This document shows, piece by piece, positions 53,976 to 64,000 of a stretch of 64,000 nt of DNA (position 1 is the stretch's first letter; each line of letters begins with the position of its first letter). The notes below the pieces were generated by a model. The model searched no databases, was not told where the DNA came from, and saw only the letters and a list, made by a program, of their open reading frames with translations. Source of the DNA: an uncultured Chthonomonadaceae bacterium. Lineage in GTDB: Bacteria; Armatimonadota; Chthonomonadetes; Chthonomonadales; Chthonomonadaceae. Location of the stretch: the NCBI GenBank assembly GCA_963835065.1, contig CAWIEK010000002.1:175248-239247 (forward strand). Direction: 5' to 3'. Made by a program: the position numbers and the translations under genes.

Positions 53976-54131
53976 GTAACTCTTCACCACCAAGACGCCA
54001 AGAACACCAAGAAGAACGAGAACAAGGACGTTGTGAAATTGCAGAAGATATTGAAAGATTCGCGCGTTCTGGGTCCGTTCCTATTGCCTGCTTTACTTGG
54101 TGTTCTTAGAGACTTGGTGGTGAAGAGTTAC
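53976..54131. repeat. REP-like long inverted repeat with CACCAAG-type units
   Basis: GTAACTCTTCACCACCAAG...CTTGGTGGTGAAGAGTTAC; solo right arms at 20068-20094 and 42902-42935. Confidence 0.75.
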
Positions 54132-54157
54132 ATTCAAGATTCAAGAGGTATTCATCT

Positions 54158-57100
54158 ATGCGTAGGTTCCTTGCGCTCCTGCTGTTTACGCTATTCATGG
54201 TGGGCGCGGATGCATCCCAGGCGCAGACAGGACAGGTATTCCAGCGTCTTCGCGCCTTGCAGCAGGCGCAGACCGTGCCGGTGTCGCAGTGGCGCTTTCA
54301 TCAGCCGGATATTGCGGGCGGGGAGGGCAGCAATGTTGCGGACGCCGATTGGCAGCCCGTTTCCATCGGCTTTCACTGGAAGGGCGAGAACACCCGCGCC
54401 TGGTTTCGTACCCGCATCACGATCCCCGAAGCCATTGAAGGATTTCCCACGTCCGGCTTTCCGGTTCGCCTGCGTGTTGGCATTGACGACGATGGCGAGA
54501 TTTACGTGGATGGGCAGTTGCGGCAGAAATTCCATTGGGACGACGGCAGCATCACCCTTACCGAACACGCCCGCCCCGGACAAACTTTTGTGGTTGCCAT
54601 ACGGGGTATCAATGGAGCGGCGGATGGGGAACTCCGTTACTGCCGCCTGACCTACGGGCTGCTGGATGCATGGCAGCCCCTGTTTGATCGCCTGCTGCTG
54701 GAAACGAGCGTTCTGGAACCGCTTGGATCACGCGCCGACGTGCCTCAACACGCGCAGATTGCCCGCGCTCTCCGGCAATGCGAGGCGCGGCTTGACCTCA
54801 ACACGTTCCACACTGACGACGCGAAGGCGGTTCTTGCTTCCCTCACTTCCGCGCAGGCGAACATTGCGCCCGCTCGAACCCCTGCTGCAACAGTATCGCG
54901 TTACGTATGTCGGCCATGCCCATATTGATATGAACTGGCTTTGGACCTGGCCCGAAACCATTGATGTGTGTCACCGTACCTGGGACAGCGCCCTGAAACT
55001 GATGAACCTCTTCCCCGACTTCGGCTTTGTGCAGAGTCAGCCCGGCGCGTATGTTCCCATTCAGCAGCAGTTTCCGGCAGAGTTCGCCCGGATGCGGCAG
55101 GCAAGTCGGCGGGGGCAGTGGGATGTGGTTGGCGGCTTGTGGGACGAGTCCGATACCAACCTGCCTTCCGGCGAGGGATTGGCGCGTTCGCTGTTTTTGG
55201 GGCAGCGGTACTTTCAAAAGCAGTTCGGGCGTATTGCCGAAACCGGCTGGCTTCCCGATTCGTTCGGGCACTCCGGGCAATTGCCGCAGCTTTTTCAAGG
55301 CGTCGGTATCCGCAATTTCTACCACGAGCGGGGTGGGGATGGCGCGCGGTTCGCCTGGTGGCAGGCCCCGGACGGCTCCCGTGTGCTGAAAGCCAATACC
55401 GACCACTACGACGCGACCGTTGAGCCGGAACAGCTTAGCGGAACCCTGGGACAATGCGCGGCGCTACGGCCTCAAACAATCGCTTGTCGTTTTCGGCGTA
55501 GGCGATCACGGCGGCGGCCCGACCCGCGAGCAAATCCTCAAAGGCAAAAGTTTTCAGGCAAGCGCAGTCCTGCCCAACGTGCAGTTCCTGACCGCCGACG
55601 CCTTTTTCCGGCAGTTGCGCGCCGACCCTGCCGTGAACACGTTGCCGGTTGTGGACAGCGACCTCCAATACGTCGCCACCGGCTGCTATACCACCCATGC
55701 CGACATCAAGGCGGCCGTGCGCGGCAGTGAAAACGACCTGTATACGGCGGAAGTATTGGCTTCGCTTGCCGCCATGCGCGGGCGTCCGTACCCGGTTCAG
55801 GGCTTTGAGGACGCCTGGAAGCCGACCGCCTTCGCCCAGTTTCACGACATACTATGCGGCACGGCCATCCATTCCACGTACACCTGGATGCATGAACAAC
55901 TCGCGCCCGCCCGCCGCTTTGAAGCGAAGCAGATTGCGCAATCGCTTGCCACGCTGACCGCCGCAGCCGATACGCGGGGCGGCAAGGCAGGCGACCCGGC
56001 AGTTGTCGTCTGGAATCCGCTTTCGTTTACGCGGGATGATGTGGCGCGGGTGAAGGTTGCCGATGCCACGCGGTACAAATCGGTCTATGACAGGTCAGGA
56101 CGGCGCTGGCCGGTTCAGGCCGAAGACAATCAGACGCTGGTTTTTGTCGCCTTGAAAACACCGGGGTTCGGCCATGCGGTCTACTTCCTTTCCACTCTGC
56201 CCTGCGCGCCGACGCCCCCGATTGCGAAAACGACAGGCGGCAGTTACGTGCTGGAAAACGCCTTCGCGCGCCTGACTGTGTCGCAGGAAACCGGGCTGTT
56301 GACGGAACTGCTGCACAAGGCGACGGGAAGGCAGATGCTCATGCCCGGACAGCCGGGCAATGTGCTGCAAGTGCTTGGCGACGGCGAAAGCGCGTGGGAC
56401 AACCGCTTCAACGGCGAATTGCAAGCGCTGACAACCGAGGGCGCGAAGGTGAGGCTTGCTCGCGTCCGGCCCCGTTTACAGCGTGGTTCAGGTGGAACAC
56501 GCTTATGGACACTCGCGCTTCGTTCAGCGAATCACGGTCTACAATCAGCTTCCCCGCATTGACATACCGACTGAAGTTTCCTGGCACGAGCATGAAAAGA
56601 TGCTGAAAGTGGCGTTTCCGCTCAACATGGCGAATCCCGATTGCCGGGTAGGCATCCCCTATGGCAGCATTTCCCGCCCGCACAACGGGCAGGAAAACCC
56701 CGGCCAGAAATGGATGGATGTTACGGAGATGCGATGGGTGCGCTCGGCGCGTCAACGCCGCTTGACCTGAGTATCGCTGTTCAATCACGACAGCGGCGCG
56801 AACTTTGACGGCGAGGGGCGCGGCTATCCCCGTACAGAATTTCCCGCTCCGGGAATACATCGCGTCGGCAGCCTGCAGGTTCCGATTCGTTTTGCCGTCA
56901 CTGCGCCGGGTAAGTCGGACAATGTCGCGTGTGCCGGCCAGAAGGTGATTATTCCGAAGGGCGAAGTTGGCAACACGCTCTTCCTGGTGGGGGCGGGCGC
57001 TCCCAACGCGCAGGAAACGGCGATTACGTTTGTGCAGGCCGACGGCTCACGTGTGATGCGGCATATCCGGCTGAACGACTGGATTGTGGAGGACATGCAG

Positions 57101-57874
57101 AGCAACGAGGCGGTTGTCACTTTTCCCTATCAACTCACCTCGACAGGACACAATCCCGATGCAAAGCCTCATCTGTGGCTGACTTCCGTTGCGCTGCCGC
57201 AGGGAAGAACCACGCAGATACTCCTGCCGGAAAACCGGAAACTGCATCTGTTCGCCGCAACTCTGGCGCAGGTTACGCCTCCGACGCCCCGCTTCGGCCT
57301 CGCTGTCCTCAATGACAGCAAGTACGGTTCCGACACGAAGGGGGCCGTGTTCCGCCTCAGCCTGCTGCGCTCTTCCAGAGACCCGGACCCCAACCCGGAT
57401 GAAGGGATGCAGGCGTTCATGTACTCCCTCCTGCCGCATGGGGGAGACAGCAGAACAGGAGCAGCAGAGCAGGCGGGACTTGCGCTCAACATTCCCCTGC
57501 GCAGCGTACTGACCACGCAGCATCCTTCACGGGGCGCAGCGCCGAACGCTTCTTTCGCGCCGAACGCTCCTTTCATAAAGATTGCCACTGAAGACCATCG
57601 GGATAACCTGGTTGGAGGCGCGCTGAAGCATTGCGAAGATGGTTCCGGCTACATCCTCCGGTTTTTTGAGACGCAGGGGCGCAATACGACGGCCCTATTG
57701 ACCTTTTCGCAGCCGGTGACGGTTGAAGAAACGGATTTGCTGGAACGCCCGCTTCTGCGCCAGAAAGGAACGAGGCAGGGACGGACGATACGCCTGCCGG
57801 TCGGTCACGATAAAATAGTAACCCTGCATATCACCGGGCTGCCGGACGCGGGCGTTCAGCATCCCTCTCACTAA
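54158..57874 (+). CDS. GH38 alpha-mannosidase, secreted (about five apparent frameshifts)
   Basis: GHAHIDMNWLW, LPDSFGH, GDHGGGPT, QFHDILCGT, NDSKYG, LSLLRS spread over successive frames. Confidence 0.85.
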
Positions 57875-57914
57875 GAAAGCCACGCCTTATCGCAGACAAT
57901 CCAGGCCCATCTCC

Positions 57915-58006
57915 GGCGAACTCACGCCGGACGATCTGCGCGACATCAATGCCGCCTCCAATGTCTCGGTGCAGGGGCGCGCTGCGCCGAAAGTTCGCAG
58001 CGAATG
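57915..58006 (+). pseudogene. Aldo/keto reductase C-terminal remnant
   Basis: ELTPDDLRDI...VQG resembles AKR C-termini. Confidence 0.4.
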
Positions 58007-58052
58007 ATTGACCGTTGAACGGCAAATCAAGGATGAAACACGGAGAAAAACG

Positions 58053-58451
58053 ATGGAAATTACAAGAAATGGATCCCGGCCCTCTCGCAAGGGACCGGAC
58101 GAATACTTCACGGGCGTTGCGCGCATCGATTCCCCTTTTCAGGCGGACGAGCCTGCGCGCGTCAGCGGCGCGATTGTCACCTTTGAGCCGGGAGCGCGTA
58201 CCGCCTGGCACACGCATCCACTCGGCCAAACTCTCATCGTGACGGCGGGATGTGGGTGGGCGCAGCGCGAAGGCGGCGCGATTGAAGAAATCCGTCCGGG
58301 CGACATAATCTGGTTTCCGCCGGGTGAGAAGCACTGGCACGGCGCTACGGCGACCACCGCTATGACGCACATCGCCATTCAGGAAAATCTCAACGGCAAG
58401 GTCGTTGATTGGCTGGAAAAGGTCAGCGACGAACAGTACCTGGCCCGATGA
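58053..58451 (+). CDS. Cupin domain protein
   Basis: [32 protein letters not shown]. Confidence 0.92.
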   Translation: MEITRNGSRPSRKGPDEYFTGVARIDSPFQADEPARVSGAIVTFEPGARTAWHTHPLGQTLIVTAGCGWAQREGGAIEEIRPGDIIWFPPGEKHWHGATATTAMTHIAIQENLNGKVVDWLEKVSDEQYLAR

Positions 58452-58751
58452 CTTACGGACTAAGGAGTTTGGTACGCGCAGCCGTTTACACGCAGGAAAA
58501 GGAGGCCGCAACGGATTACGACGGCTATATGGGATAGGAATTCACGCCGAGGGAATGCGGCTGCCGCCTTGAAGCGAGCATACAAAGTTTGTGATGCGTG
58601 ATGAAGGACATGGTAACAGGAATTCCACCGCTGTCCCGCGAATATAGAAACATTCCGGCGTCATCGTATCACAGCGAAGTGATTGAGACTGGCCCTTGAT
58701 GTGGCAGGCACACTAATTGCTAGGGACGAGGATGCTGTTTGGGAGGCTAAA

Positions 58752-61260
58752 ATGCTTGGAGTACATCAACCGCATCCGATCCGTTTGGTTCTTGCCGCGC
58801 CGTTTAAAACCGTCCTGGCTTTCGCAATCCCGGCCCTGCTCATCCTCATCTCAAGTTCGCCCGGTATCGCGCAAGCGGGTTATGACGACCATCAAAACAT
58901 GATGGATCAGTTGGGAATCAAAGCCATCCGGGGCGGCCCCAATCCCAACAACCAGGCCACCTTCGATGAAGCCAAAGCGAACCCCTACAAGGACAGTATG
59001 CCGGACGCGCTGCGGATGAAGGATGGAACGAAGGTGACGAAGGCGAAGCAGTGGCCGAAGCGCCGGGCGGAGATTGCGGAAGATTTCGAGCGCGAAGTTG
59101 TATGGCCGCATTCCTCCCAACGTGCCGAAAGTGACCTGGGAGGTAACTTCCACGACACCGGGAGACGCCAACGGCGTACCGACTGTTACCAAAACGCTTG
59201 TCGGCCATGTGGATAACAGCGCTTATCCGCAGATTGCTGTCAACATCCGGGCGAACTTCACCGTCCCGGCAAACGCGAAAAAGCCCGTTCCAATCATGAT
59301 TGAGTTTGGCTTCGGCTTTGGCCGGCCCGGATTCGTGCCCGCCTGGAAACCGCTCGCGATTTCAAAGGGATGGGGATACGGCGAGATCATTCCGGCAAGC
59401 ATCCAGCCCGACAACAATCAGTTGCGAACCGGCATCATCGGCCTGACCAACAAGGGCCAGCCCCGAAAGCCCGACGATTGGGGAGCGCTGCGGGCCTGGC
59501 AATGGGGCGTCAGCCGCCTGATAGACTACTTCGAGGCGAACCGAGACGCTATGGTGGATGCGAAAAAGGTAGGTATCGAGGGCCTTTCGCGCTATGGCAA
59601 AGCGGCTATCGTGACCCAGGCATTCGATACGCGGGTTGCCGTTGGATTAATAGGCTCCTCGGGAGAAGGCGGCGTGAAACTGCATCGGCACCTCTTTGGC
59701 GAGGCAGTCGAAAACCTTGCCGGCGGCGAATACTACTGGATGGCAGGAAACTTTATCAAGTACGGCGCTTCCGACCCTCCCATGACCGCCGCCGACCTGC
59801 CGGTTGACTCGCACGAGTTGATCGCCCTTTGCGCTCCCCGTCCCTGCTTTATCAGCTACGGAACCGTCGAGCGCGGCGACGCCAAATGGGTAGACGCGCA
59901 TGGCAGTTTCATGGCGGCGGTACTTGCCGGCCCAGTCTACCGGCTGCTCGGCAAAAAAGATTTGGGCACACCGGGTGAATATCTGACCGATCCCATGCCG
60001 CCGGTGCAAACACTGATTGGCGGCGAACTCGCCTGGCGGCAGCACGAAGGCGGACATGACGTAACCCCGAACTGGCCTGCGTTCTTCGGATGGGTGCAGC
60101 AGTACATCAAAGCGCCTCCACTTCCTGACAGAACCTCCCCGCAGGAAAAGGCCATGCTTCTCCCTTCAAGTGACGCGCCGCAGAAGAACGCTCCTGGGAA
60201 CGCGCTACCGCTCAAGAACGCTTACAAAGACAAAATCCTGGTTGGCACTGCGTTGAACTATCCGGCTTTGCAAGGCAGGTCGCCGATGGACGTTGACATC
60301 GCCACGACCCACTTCAATGCCCTCACGCCCGCAAACAGCATGAAGCCGGATGCCCTTCAGCGCGTCGAAGGCCGGTTTACATTTGCGGACGGAGACCGGC
60401 TCGTGGAAATCGCCGAAAAGTGTGGCGCGGCTCCCATTGGGCATGTGCTGGTGTGGCATGAACAAACGCCCGCCTGGTTCTTTCAGGGGCCGGATGGTCA
60501 GCCGGTAAGTCGTGAACTGGCGCTGGCGCGGCTGCGCAAGCACATCTCTGCCGTAGTGGGCCACTACAAAGGCCGCGTCAAGCAGTGGGACGTGGTGAAT
60601 GAAGCCATCAGCGATACGCCGGGGGAAGCGTTGCGCCCGACGCCCTGGCTGAAAGCCATCGGCCCGGATTACATCGCGGAAGCCTTCCGCGCCGCCCATG
60701 AAGCGGACCCGGACGCGATCCTCATCTACAACGATTACAATATCGAACTCGCTTATAAACGGCCCAAAGCGCTGCAGCTCCTGAAATCCCTGCTGGATCA
60801 AAAAATTCCTGTCCATGCGGTCGGCATCCAGAGCCACTGGCGGCTCAATACTCCCGATTTTGCGGAAGTCGAAGCAGCGATCAAGCAATTTTCCGACCTG
60901 GGTCTGAAGGTCATGATTACGGAACTGGATGTTGGCGTACTGCCGACGCAATATCAGGGCGCCAACATCGCCGTACATGAAACCATGACGCCCGAACAAC
61001 AGGCGGTCATGAACCCCTACACCGGAGGATTGCCGGAGCCGGTGGCGCAGCAGCTTGCCGAGCGTTACCGGCAGGCGTTCGCGATGTTCCTGCGGCATAA
61101 AGACGTTATCGGCCGCGTCACATTATGGGGTACGCAGGATGGCGACTCCTGGCTCAACAACTTCCCGGTGCGCGGGCGCGCGGACTATCCCCTGTTGTTT
61201 GACCGCGAGGGCAAGCCCAAGCCCGCCTTTTTCGCCGTCGAACGCGCCGCCACGCCGTAA
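58752..61260 (+). CDS. CE15 glucuronoyl esterase-like + GH10 endo-xylanase fusion (frameshift near 59100)
   Basis: GLSRYGK; NSMKP, GHVLVWH.Q, WDVVNE, YNDYN, GIQSH, ITELD. Confidence 0.88.
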
Positions 61261-61321
61261 TCCGTCAACGTTCAAAATCCAACCCGTTTATGGAAGCGGC
61301 TGAGAAAAAATTGTTTCTGCC

Positions 61322-62281
61322 ATGCCTGACCAACCTTTGATAACGCATCTGTTCACCGCGGACCCGTCGGCCCACGTCTTCAATGGACGGCTGTATATTT
61401 ATCCTTCCCATGACCGGGAAACGTCCATACTCGCCAATGACAACGGCGACCAGTACGACATGGCGGATTACCATGTCTTTTCGCTTGACGCTATCGGCGG
61501 GCCGGTGACGGATCATGGCGTCGCTCTGGCGCTGCAAGATATTCCCTGGGCTTCCCGGCAACTATGGGCGCCCGACGCGGCAAAGCAAGGGGAAACCTAC
61601 TACCTGTATTTCCCGGCCCGCGATAAGAACGGCCTGTTTCGTATCGGCGTCGCGCTCAGTTCGGCGCCGGAAGGTCCCTTCACCCCGGAACCGGAGCCGA
61701 TTGTCGGCAGCTACAGTATTGATCCCTGCTGCTTCGTGGATGAGGACGGGCAGGCGTACTTATACTTCGGCGGGATATGGGGCGGGCAACTGCAATGCTG
61801 GACTTCAGGCCATTTCGATGCGGCAGGGCAAGAACCATCCGGCAATGTCCCGGCGCTGATGCCCCGCGTGGCCCGGCTTGGCGACGATATGCGCTCTTTC
61901 ACCGGAGAGGTCAGGACGGTTTCGATTCTGGATGCGGAGGGACAGCCTTTGCGTGCGGATGATCATGACCGCCGCTTCTTCGAAGCCGCCTGGGTACATA
62001 AAAGAGAGGGCATCTACTACTTTTCTTATTCCACCGGGGACACGCACTATCTGGCGTATGCGACCGGCGATAACCCGTTCGGCCCCTTCACCTACCGAGG
62101 GCGAATTCTGGAACCGGTGATCGGTTGGACGACGCACCATTCCATCGTGGAGTTTGGGGGAAAGTGGTACCTGTTCTACCATGACGCCTCTCTCTCCGGC
62201 GGTAAAAGCCATTTGCGTTGCGTCAAGGTTGCAGAGATCGTCTACGGAGAGGACGGAACGTTACTTCCCGTAACGCTGTGA
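61322..62281 (+). CDS. GH43 beta-xylosidase (subfamily 1-like)
   Basis: TADPSAHVF, WAPD, SIDP, FFEA, GWTTHHS. Confidence 0.92.
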   Translation: MPDQPLITHLFTADPSAHVFNGRLYIYPSHDRETSILANDNGDQYDMADYHVFSLDAIGGPVTDHGVALALQDIPWASRQLWAPDAAKQGETYYLYFPARDKNGLFRIGVALSSAPEGPFTPEPEPIVGSYSIDPCCFVDEDGQAYLYFGGIWGGQLQCWTSGHFDAAGQEPSGNVPALMPRVARLGDDMRSFTGEVRTVSILDAEGQPLRADDHDRRFFEAAWVHKREGIYYFSYSTGDTHYLAYATGDNPFGPFTYRGRILEPVIGWTTHHSIVEFGGKWYLFYHDASLSGGKSHLRCVKVAEIVYGEDGTLLPVTL

Positions 62282-62415
62282 CACAAGTGATTGGTCTGTT
62301 TCCTCGTCGCCTTGATAGTCAAAAACGTTTTTCTGCCTCTGCGATGAGACGATAATTTTGAGATGAGTAAAGCAACAGGACAAATGCCCGAATGGGTGAT
62401 TTATGCGTACACTGC

Positions 62416-62453
62416 TCGGGTGTTTCACAAACGAGCGTTTGTGAAACACCCGA
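62416..62453. repeat. Perfect 18-bp inverted repeat with a 2-nt spacer
   Basis: TCGGGTGTTTCACAAACG-AG-CGTTTGTGAAACACCCGA between convergent genes. Confidence 0.8.
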
Positions 62454-62516
62454 AAACGACCGTTTGGGAGAAGGTTCCCTACTACCATGTTCCCCTTGCG
62501 CGGTTGGGATGTACGC

Positions 62517-63002
62517 TCAACCGCGACGAGCCGCCTCAATGGTAGCGATGTCTATCTTTTGCATCTGCATCATCGCCTCGAAGGCGCGTTTGGCGGCAAC
62601 AGGATCAGGATCGGTTAGTGCTTCCAACAGGGCGACCGGCGTGATCTGCCAGGACAATCCCCATTTATCCTTGCACCAACCGCACTCACTCTCTTCGCCA
62701 CCATTACTGACGATGGTGTTCCAATAACGATCCGTTTCCGCCTGGTCCGCAGTTGCGACCTGGAACGAGAAGGCTTCGCTGTGTTTGAACATAGAACCGC
62801 CATTAAGTCCGAGGCAGGGAATCCCCATCACCGTAAATTCGACCGTCAACACATCCCCTTGCTTCCCCGAAGGAAAGTCCCCCGGGGCGCGGTGCACCGC
62901 GCGGACAGTTGAGTCGGGAAAGGTTTCGGCGTAAAATCGCGCCGCATCCTCTGCGTCTCCATCGTACCACAGACAGATCGTGTTTTTTGCTGGTTTTACC
63001 AT
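62517..63002 (-). CDS. VOC/PhnB-like (3-demethylubiquinone-9 3-methyltransferase family) protein
   Basis: CLWYD..AE.AA.FY, LNGG, CGWCKDKWGLSWQI. Confidence 0.9.
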   Translation of the reverse strand: MVKPAKNTICLWYDGDAEDAARFYAETFPDSTVRAVHRAPGDFPSGKQGDVLTVEFTVMGIPCLGLNGGSMFKHSEAFSFQVATADQAETDRYWNTIVSNGGEESECGWCKDKWGLSWQITPVALLEALTDPDPVAAKRAFEAMMQMQKIDIATIEAARRG

Positions 63003-63545
63003 GTCATCTCTCCTTCTTGATGGATTACCCGAAGCTAGAGCAATCGGTACTTCACCTACTATAATCCGCGAGAGAAAACTGGAAAGGCTTACTCGTCCTA
63101 ATGGAGCAATTCCAAAAATTGTCCTTAGCCCCGGCATAATTCTACACCAATGTATCAAAAACGGGGGGATACTGCTGGTAAATTCAGAACCGGGCAATTC
63201 TCGACGTTGCACTTCCCTCCGAAAATAGGAGGCTTAACCTGGCTTTGAGATGGTCGCAACGAATTTACCAGCAGTATCCAAGGGGTTGTGAGACACCAGA
63301 AAACGGTCGTTTCCGGTGATATAGTACCGACATGCATCTGTTTGATGGCGCAAGTAGCATTCATTATGAACAGGAGAAAAAAGCATGTGCGAGACTGCCC
63401 GCCCAGGGCTGGCGCATTTAAAATGCTTAACACCCATCTTATCGTGGGGCATCTGCCACTGTGCTGCGCCTGTTCCTTCTTGGTTTACAGAGCGCAAAAA
63501 TGCGCAAAAACATAGAATAAAATCTACATAACAGTAGGAATAAAC

Positions 63546-63857
63546 GAACCTTTTCTGTGTCTACCTCGTCTAAGTAAATACGCGCGTCTACATAATAGAG
63601 ACTGCTAACTAGCCAGGTGGCGGGCCGTTGAAAGTTCATAGTTCCTCTCAACAAAAAACTATCAACTATCAACTATCAACTATCAACTAACCCGGAAGGG
63701 AGGTGCAAGAAGATGCCTGTACACTCTCCCCGTTCGCCCTGACGCTCACGAGGTCACGACGCCTCTTCCTTTCACAACCTGACACAACGAGACACCGGGC
63801 TGGAAGCGCTGCATTGCCAAGATTTCGACGATGACTCTACATACTCTTTTTCTTTTT
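63546..63857 (+). ncRNA. Dispersed promoter + mini-ORF + conserved RNA element, copy 3 (MPVHSPRSP*, 63713-63742)
   Basis: GAACCT-N16-GTCTAA; AAGGGAGGT SD; conserved tail ending CTCTACATA and a T-rich run. Confidence 0.65.
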
Positions 63858-64000
63858 CCGTTTAGATGCGCCTGCCCTGCTATGTAGGCGTTATATGCGT
63901 CTGTATTGAGGTCCATACGAGTGTGTTTACTTTCCCTTCGCCGTACCGAAATATTCGGCGAAGAATGTGATGGCCTTTTCATCCGTGCCGGCGTTCTGAA

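Noticed and set aside
63010..63480. AT-rich stretch with short ORFs (also 42330-42730 and 33990-34330)
   Set aside because: No consistent frame or motif; possibly decayed genes, but no call can be supported.
1..64000. CRISPR array, tRNA or rRNA genes, intact transposase or integrase
   Set aside because: None recognised by eye; the heptamer arrays have no unique spacers.

Overview
Bacterial window, GC-rich overall with several AT-rich patches. The gene set loosely suggests an Armatimonadota/Planctomycetota-like organism; this is inference only. 1-13 kb is housekeeping: the end of a glutamate dehydrogenase, an MFS transporter, an SDR, and a minus-strand operon (trkA x2, split CHAD, HhH protein, split Ppx/GppA, ABC permease), then an isochorismatase and an Smr protein. 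13-16.4 kb is a tandem array of three paralogous 'GNAT + small helical protein' modules with decayed cargo genes, followed by uvrB. 20-64 kb is mostly carbohydrate-active enzymes (GH38 x2, GH43 x2, GH2, alpha-galactosidase-like, CE15-GH10 fusion), a DUF1592/DUF1552 pair, a small defence-like island (DUF3883, PNP-domain protein, toxin-first TA pair) and a second putative TA pair. The most striking unannotated signal is a dispersed ~260-310 bp non-coding unit in three copies (about 19.8, 29.5 and 63.7 kb). Each copy has an ECF-sigma-like promoter, a strong Shine-Dalgarno, an 8-9 codon mini-ORF ending Arg-Ser-Pro-stop, and a conserved ~95 nt tail. The window also has many heptamer tandem repeats (some translated in frame, some in inverted pairs) and several MITE/REP-like palindromes. 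Many genes, including uvrB, carry single-base frameshifts that are probably assembly errors. I saw no rRNA, tRNA or CRISPR array. All product calls come from reading motifs by eye; no searches were run.
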